Assembly (NCBI GenBank): GCA_965219535.1
Contig: CBDCNV010000001.1
Coordinates: 630,001-662,000, forward strand
Direction: 5' to 3'
From: Opitutales bacterium
GTDB lineage: Bacteria; Verrucomicrobiota; Verrucomicrobiia; Opitutales; PNEW01
Length of the DNA stretch: 32,000 nt
Each line of letters opens with the position of its first letter. The stretch's first letter is position 1. The position numbers were made by a program, and so were the translations under genes. Shown here in pieces: positions 27,010 to 32,000 of the stretch. The notes below the pieces were generated by a model. That model was not told the DNA's origin. It did not search any database and saw only the letters and a list, made by a program, of their open reading frames with translations.

Positions 27010-29421
27010 GTGCCATTTAAAAACAGTGTATTGGCAGCGCCAACCAGTCTTATTCTAGGATTTTCTTATCTTTTCTTTATAAATTCTCCTGGACTTGCCC
27101 AGACCAGTCTGAGTCCTGAGGAGACGGCTGAGTCAGTCAATATAGTTGTTTCCAAACCAGCGGTTGAAGAAAAAATATTGGTTAATTTTCCGGCCGTGAG
27201 TGGAGGTTTGGCTCCCAACCCACGTGACCGCCAACGCGTGCTGCAGAAGCAGAATCCAATGGCATCCGAATACCAATCAGTGGGAGGCGTTGGGGTGGTG
27301 TCATTTGCCAACGATGACGCTGAAGGGGTAAATTATCATGGCAAATTACCCTCTGGGGGAAAACTGGAGGGTCCAACCTCACGCATTAGAAGTGAAGCCT
27401 CTTATCACTATGGAGAACTGTCTGACTCTGGATTGTGGCAGGGTTACGTCTCTGTGGATCAGATATTCGGAAAAGACAACCGTTGGGCAATCTCGTTTTT
27501 ATTGGATACCCAGGCAGCGGAACTTGCCTTTGAGCGTATTTTTACGCGATGGGGGACTGTCGAATTAGAGGATGGAACCGAGCAGAATGTGATTGAAAGA
27601 CTGAATACTGGAATGCGTACCGTTCATTCACGACGCAAAAGCTTTAGAGGAGTAATTGAACGAGCATTGAGCGATAACCATACCCTCTATTTCAAAACTG
27701 CACTAAGACAAACCGAAGATAGTGACATTTCGCAACGGCTGGAAATGCGGTTTTCTGATGGTGAATACGAAGACATATCAGATTTATCTGCTTTTTCCCG
27801 CGGGGCGAGCGTGAAACGTGAAATGCGTGATGAACCTGAGCGCACGGATATCTACCGCTTCGAGGCCGGCGGCAAAATTGAAGCCGAAGACTGGGGCTTG
27901 GGGTATGGTATGTATTATTCAGACTACGAGCGCGGCCGCCCTGAACTTTTCAAGGTCGAATTTCGACGCGAGGGTGTGGATTTGTCTTACAATCGAGAAG
28001 ATATCCTCTTTCCTCAAGTTACTAATCATAGTGATATAGATATTTATGACCCGGACGAAATGCCCTTTCGCGAAATGTGCGATCGAAGTTCGCTTACAGT
28101 GGATGAAGATTATGCCGGAGATATTCATTTCCATAAACGGTTTAATTTCTCAAAAACGGAAATGGAAATCTTTGCCGGTAGTCTCTACCGGCAAAAAGAA
28201 CGAACAAGTCGAGACGAAAGGTTTATTTATGAAATTTATAATGGCACTTACCTCTTAAGCGATTCGGTAGTTACAGAAGAACCGGATTTGGTTGCCGAAG
28301 ACCACTATCGGTTGGGGAGGGGAGCAGACCCCTCTCTTTCTCGCACGTTTTTCGCGGATAACTTCGATAATTATGAATTGGATATTAGTCGTACCCATAT
28401 CGAAAGTGATCCCAATAATTTCAGGTCTTTCGAATCGGTACAGAGCTTTTATTTGATGCAGCGATTTAAGGCTCCAAAATGGTCTTTAAATGCCGGACTT
28501 CGCTTTGAGAAAACGCAAATTGAAACCGATGGCAATACGGTAATTACCGAAGAAGTGGACGATGAAGATGTCTACGTGGAAACGATTCCCGTCTCGAATG
28601 TGAATGAATATGATAATACCTATTTTGCGCTGGAATTTGTTTATTTACTGAACGAAAAGATTAATTTGAGAGCCGCTGCTTTCGAAACCCTGGCGCGGCC
28701 CAATTACTTTGATCTTGTTCCCTATCGGCAAATATTTAGCAGCAGTGAATTCATCCGAGAGGGCAATCCGAACTTGAAGTCAACGGAATATACAAATTTT
28801 ATCGTGACCGCAGATGTCAGAAACCCCTGGACCGGTAATTTTTCTGCGGCATGGTATTACAAGGATATCAAGAATTATTTCTTTCAAGGTGAATTTTTAG
28901 TTGAAGGAGGAACCCTCGATGGCTTCAAGTTCAGGCGGCCGGAAAATGGGGAAGAAGCTCAATTGTGGGGATTGGAATTCGGTTGGAACCGAAATGTTCC
29001 TTTATTTCCTCAGTCATTGGGTAGAGCGACGGCCACTGTTTTTTACATTTATTCTGATTCCCAGGCATTTACCGTTAAGCGACCGGGTGAAACTCTGCTT
29101 TTGCCGGAACGGGCAGCACATATGCTGGATGTTGCACTGCTCAATGAATTTGGAAAATTTAAGACTCGCCTCAGTTTAAGTTTTCAAAGCCGCTCGCTTG
29201 ATAATGTAGCTGAAACGATCAATGCCGATGAATATCTCGATCATGAGACCATTATAAATTTTTCAACGAAGTATCAGTTTCATCCCAATATGAAATTGTT
29301 CGCAGACTTTTTTAATATCACGAGTCAGGTGCAGAACAGTTTAGAAGGCGCTACTCTGCGCCCCTCTGATAGGGTTTTCAGTTCCTGGAGAGCACGTGTA
29401 GGTATAAATATTACCCTCTAA
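27010..29421 (+). CDS. TonB-dependent-receptor-like outer-membrane beta-barrel (803 aa), plug domain not recognisable
   Basis: Signal peptide ending ...SPGLAQ. TonB-box-like ESVNIVVS. Barrel motifs such as RPNYFDLVPY and REGNPNLKSTEYTNF. GTG start is uncertain. Confidence 0.6.
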   Translation: MPFKNSVLAAPTSLILGFSYLFFINSPGLAQTSLSPEETAESVNIVVSKPAVEEKILVNFPAVSGGLAPNPRDRQRVLQKQNPMASEYQSVGGVGVVSFANDDAEGVNYHGKLPSGGKLEGPTSRIRSEASYHYGELSDSGLWQGYVSVDQIFGKDNRWAISFLLDTQAAELAFERIFTRWGTVELEDGTEQNVIERLNTGMRTVHSRRKSFRGVIERALSDNHTLYFKTALRQTEDSDISQRLEMRFSDGEYEDISDLSAFSRGASVKREMRDEPERTDIYRFEAGGKIEAEDWGLGYGMYYSDYERGRPELFKVEFRREGVDLSYNREDILFPQVTNHSDIDIYDPDEMPFREMCDRSSLTVDEDYAGDIHFHKRFNFSKTEMEIFAGSLYRQKERTSRDERFIYEIYNGTYLLSDSVVTEEPDLVAEDHYRLGRGADPSLSRTFFADNFDNYELDISRTHIESDPNNFRSFESVQSFYLMQRFKAPKWSLNAGLRFEKTQIETDGNTVITEEVDDEDVYVETIPVSNVNEYDNTYFALEFVYLLNEKINLRAAAFETLARPNYFDLVPYRQIFSSSEFIREGNPNLKSTEYTNFIVTADVRNPWTGNFSAAWYYKDIKNYFFQGEFLVEGGTLDGFKFRRPENGEEAQLWGLEFGWNRNVPLFPQSLGRATATVFYIYSDSQAFTVKRPGETLLLPERAAHMLDVALLNEFGKFKTRLSLSFQSRSLDNVAETINADEYLDHETIINFSTKYQFHPNMKLFADFFNITSQVQNSLEGATLRPSDRVFSSWRARVGINITL

Positions 29422-29514
29422 AATATTTTTTGCCTTCAGCGATCGTTAAATCTCAGCTCCTAAATTAAATTTCCTTGAGTGAAAAACGATTAGAATTTCC
29501 CTTCATTAATTAAA

Positions 29515-29862
29515 ATGTCTAAGACAGTTATTGATGACCATGTAAGCGCTTTTAATGCGAGGGATCTTAGCGCATTCCTCGTCTGTTTCAGCGATGAGAT
29601 CGAAATATTTAAATTACCCGGTGGAGAGATAATAGCTCAAGGTCTGGACTCAATTCGTGTGGTCTACGCTAAAAAATTTAATGATTCATCCGATTTAAAT
29701 TGCGTCATATTAAATATTATGACCCAGGGCAAATATACTGTATTACATGAAAAGATTACCGGATACCCGGAATCTCCTGTTACCTATAATATTGCACTTT
29801 ACGAGGTGGAGAATGAACGCATTCGTCGCGTTTGGTTGATCGGTGAAAACGCGGCAGAGTAA
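29515..29862 (+). CDS. NTF2-like / SnoaL-type small protein
   Basis: 115 aa. The HVSAFNARDLSAFLVCFSDEIEIF opening is typical of SnoaL/steroid-isomerase-like cones. Confidence 0.55.
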   Translation: MSKTVIDDHVSAFNARDLSAFLVCFSDEIEIFKLPGGEIIAQGLDSIRVVYAKKFNDSSDLNCVILNIMTQGKYTVLHEKITGYPESPVTYNIALYEVENERIRRVWLIGENAAE

Positions 29863-29904
29863 AGCCGCTGATTAATAGTCATTGAATAACTAAGATTCTT
29901 GATC

Positions 29905-30417
29905 TTAATCCAAGCTATTAAGTGCCGCCAGGGCATCCTGTGCTTGAGTAACAGGTTGAGCTTCTAGATCACGCCAGACGATTATGCCACCCATTATGAG
30001 GAATGTCTGACGTTTCGCCTTACCATTATTACGCGGGACGCCAAAAGCCTCGATTACATTTCCTTCATAATCAGCAAGCAAGGTGAAAGGAAGCTGAAAC
30101 TTATCTTTAAATGCCTTTTGTTCTTCAGGTGTATCCGCGCTAACCCCTATAACTCTTATCCCTGCAGTCTGTAGCTTTTCGTAGGCGTCACGCAGGTTGC
30201 ACGATTGAGCGGTGCAACCTGGAGTATCTGCTTTGGGGTAAAAATATACGAGCGTGGGTCCTTCACTGTAAACTTCAGAAAGGTTAAGCGGATCGCCGGT
30301 CTCTGTTATTGTTGCAATCCCCGGTGCATTATCGCCAACGGCGAGTGGGCCTGCGTCTTCATTAGCGGATGACATCGGTAAGATTATAAATAGAAGAATT
30401 TTATGTAGAACAAGCAT
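29905..30417 (-). CDS. bcp: Secreted Bcp-type peroxiredoxin (AhpC/TSA family)
   Basis: N-terminal signal-like segment. LVYFYPKADTPGCTAQSC peroxidatic-cysteine motif. Confidence 0.8.
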   Translation of the reverse strand: MLVLHKILLFIILPMSSANEDAGPLAVGDNAPGIATITETGDPLNLSEVYSEGPTLVYFYPKADTPGCTAQSCNLRDAYEKLQTAGIRVIGVSADTPEEQKAFKDKFQLPFTLLADYEGNVIEAFGVPRNNGKAKRQTFLIMGGIIVWRDLEAQPVTQAQDALAALNSLD

Positions 30418-30427
30418 TAAAATATAA

Positions 30428-30841
30428 TCATTTACGCACTGTCCACAAAGGAGATTCCCTCGTAGTATCAGTCAATTTTTGGGTGGTTCGATCAAGTCGG
30501 CTGGCGAGCGTTTTAATTATCTTCATCCCAATACGTGGATTATTCTGAATGAATTCAGTCATGTCCCCTGCGTGAATATGGGTGATCTTGCTCGCCTTTT
30601 TTGCCTTAACGGTGCAAGTGCGTGCTTTTCCCAGAATATCACTCATTTCACCAAAGATTGTCCCTGGGTACATCAGTACGCTAAGTAGGATTTCATCTTT
30701 GATTACTTCCAGTGATCCAGATTGAAGAATATAAAAACCGCTGCCTTGCTCTCCTTGTTCAAGGATCGTCTGCCCGTGTGCGACTTCAATGTTTTCTTCA
30801 TCCATGACCTTTAACCTATTTTCTAATGTACTTATTGTCAT
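30428..30841 (-). CDS. Stand-alone cyclic-nucleotide-binding domain protein
   Basis: GQTILEQGEQGSGFYILQSGSLEV...GTIFGEMS...RTCTVKA is a CNB-domain pattern. There is no attached effector domain (137 aa). Confidence 0.7.
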   Translation of the reverse strand: MTISTLENRLKVMDEENIEVAHGQTILEQGEQGSGFYILQSGSLEVIKDEILLSVLMYPGTIFGEMSDILGKARTCTVKAKKASKITHIHAGDMTEFIQNNPRIGMKIIKTLASRLDRTTQKLTDTTRESPLWTVRK

Positions 30842-31041
30842 AGCTTTTGTGTAATGTATGTCGTTTATTAACAGCTGCCCAACTATAATAAAGACTATTC
30901 AATTTAGTTTAAACAATCAAGATCAATTGAAATGCCATGCTTTGCATCAAGTACAAAAATGGGCTGTTAAATATTAGTAAAATGAAATGAAGTGACTCGT
31001 TCTAAGATGAGCATCTGTGCACTTAAAAACTTACCAGCACA

Positions 31042-32000
31042 CTATATTTGCTTTAAAAACATGAAAAGTTCATGTGACAGTTTGGGGCCGATTCCATCTA
31101 CTTGCCGCAATAATTCAGGTGTTGCGTTTCTCAGTTTATTTATGTTTTTAAATTTTTTTAACAATGCTTTGCGGCGAACCGGTCCCAGTCCATAATAATC
31201 ATCGAGGATAGTTTCTTTCATTCTTCGACTCCGGATCTCAGCATTAAATGTATTAGCAAAACGATGCGCTTCGTTACGCAAACGCTGTAAGAGTCGAAGT
31301 GCGTCACTTTTAAGACTAAGATTTAGAGACGGATGATCGTCAGTAAAATAGACGGTTTCGCGTTTTTTTGCTAATCCAATGAGTGGTGGTGGCTCCAGTC
31401 CCTGACCTAGAAATGCGCGCAGAGCAGATCCGAGCTGGCCCTTACCTCCATCTATGACAATAAGATCAGGGAAAGCTTTATTTTCTTTATGGAGCCTTAA
31501 ATAGCGTCGAGTTACCACTTCTTCCATCGCCCGGTAATCGTCATTGCCGATAAAGCTTTTAATTTTGTAACGACGATACTGGTCAGTGTCAGGCTTACCG
31601 TTTTTGAATCGGACCATTGAAGCGACAACGAATGTACCGGAAATATGACTTATATCAAAGCATTCTATATGATGTGGTAATTTCGATAATTTGAGAGCTG
31701 ATTGTAATTCTTTGAGGACCGTATGAGATTCGGTTCTTTTTATCGCACCGTGAGCATGCGCAAACTTTCTGGTCTTAATAATTGTTTTTTCAAGTGCGGA
31801 GCAAATGTCCCGTAATTCCGCGGCTCTTTCGTAATCGCGATTAGAAGCTGCCGAGTTCATTTCATCTTTGAGATCATTCAGCCACTCTTTTGATTTACCG
31901 CTAAGAAATTCACAGGCCTCTTCTACTTTTCGTCGATATTCATCTTCAGTAACCTGGTTGGCATGCCCATAAATCTCTGACCGTACATCATCGTAAAGTT
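31042..32000 (-). CDS. uvrC: Excinuclease ABC subunit C (UvrC), C-terminal ~319 codons; gene continues past the right edge
   Basis: The frame stays open upstream of the track start (31860) to base 32000 (...LYDDVRSEIYGHANQVTEDEYRRKVEEACEFLSGKSKEWLNDLKDEMNSAA...). UVR motif YERAAELRD, endonuclease domain IECFDISH...IDGGKGQ, C-terminal (HhH)2 LRQVDGIGPKL. Confidence 0.9.
   Translation of the reverse strand, partial: LYDDVRSEIYGHANQVTEDEYRRKVEEACEFLSGKSKEWLNDLKDEMNSAASNRDYERAAELRDICSALEKTIIKTRKFAHAHGAIKRTESHTVLKELQSALKLSKLPHHIECFDISHISGTFVVASMVRFKNGKPDTDQYRRYKIKSFIGNDDYRAMEEVVTRRYLRLHKENKAFPDLIVIDGGKGQLGSALRAFLGQGLEPPPLIGLAKKRETVYFTDDHPSLNLSLKSDALRLLQRLRNEAHRFANTFNAEIRSRRMKETILDDYYGLGPVRRKALLKKFKNINKLRNATPELLRQVDGIGPKLSHELFMFLKQI

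Noticed and set aside
1-32000. Search for CRISPR arrays, rRNA/tRNA genes, toxin-antitoxin pairs and known defence-system genes
   Set aside because: I saw no regularly spaced direct repeats, no rRNA- or tRNA-like sequence, and no nuclease/ATPase/methylase sets typical of defence islands. The only mobile DNA is the IS3-family material at 23.7-26.7 kb.

Overview
All calls come from reading the sequence and the supplied ORF track by eye. No searches were run, so family assignments rest on motif recognition and are not database hits.

The window is mostly a moderately AT-rich chromosomal stretch from a Gram-negative (diderm) bacterium. The gene content (MurA, LptF/G, outer-membrane barrels, an McsA-like UVR protein) is compatible with a PVC/Verrucomicrobia-like lineage, but I cannot establish that.

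Most of it is unrelated housekeeping or accessory metabolic genes in short operons:
- mtaB-like radical-SAM enzyme and a HAD hydrolase
- NSS transporter plus an untracked small subunit
- LptF/G permease and a DUF2064-type protein
- MBL hydrolase, FolE2, RuvB, MurA
- dimeric-dUTPase-like protein, FIST protein, class V aminotransferase
- PolX, rhodanese lipoprotein, NTF2-like protein
- secreted Bcp peroxiredoxin, cNMP-binding protein, UvrC (edge-truncated)

The structurally interesting part is 23.68-29.4 kb. A complete 1287-bp IS3-family element (23814-25100) has TG..CA ends, roughly 46-bp imperfect inverted repeats (IRs) and a 4-bp AAAT target duplication. It sits in the last codons of a gene for a signal-peptide protein carrying a monoheme CxxCH motif followed by a beta-barrel, which resembles Cyc2 fused cytochrome-porins. 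Deleting the IS in silico restores a C-terminus ...DLFVIDLSSVF*, which ends in the terminal Phe expected for an outer-membrane barrel.

The IS transposase carries what looks like a single-T insertion. It puts the N-terminal HTH in the OrfB frame and gives an uninterrupted 403-codon ORF. The canonical A8 slippery run and stem-loop are still present, and the leucine-zipper segment is left out of frame.

Two older IS3-type end relics face each other across the cytochrome-porin gene. A plug-poor TonB-dependent-receptor-like barrel with a perfect 19-bp upstream palindrome follows.

Other items worth a look:
- an R/N/G-rich disordered protein directly upstream of murA
- a PhyH dioxygenase, orphan protein, GSAM-like aminotransferase and C-N hydrolase cluster
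- a beta-propeller-cupin fusion

I saw no CRISPR array, rRNA, tRNA or recognisable defence system.
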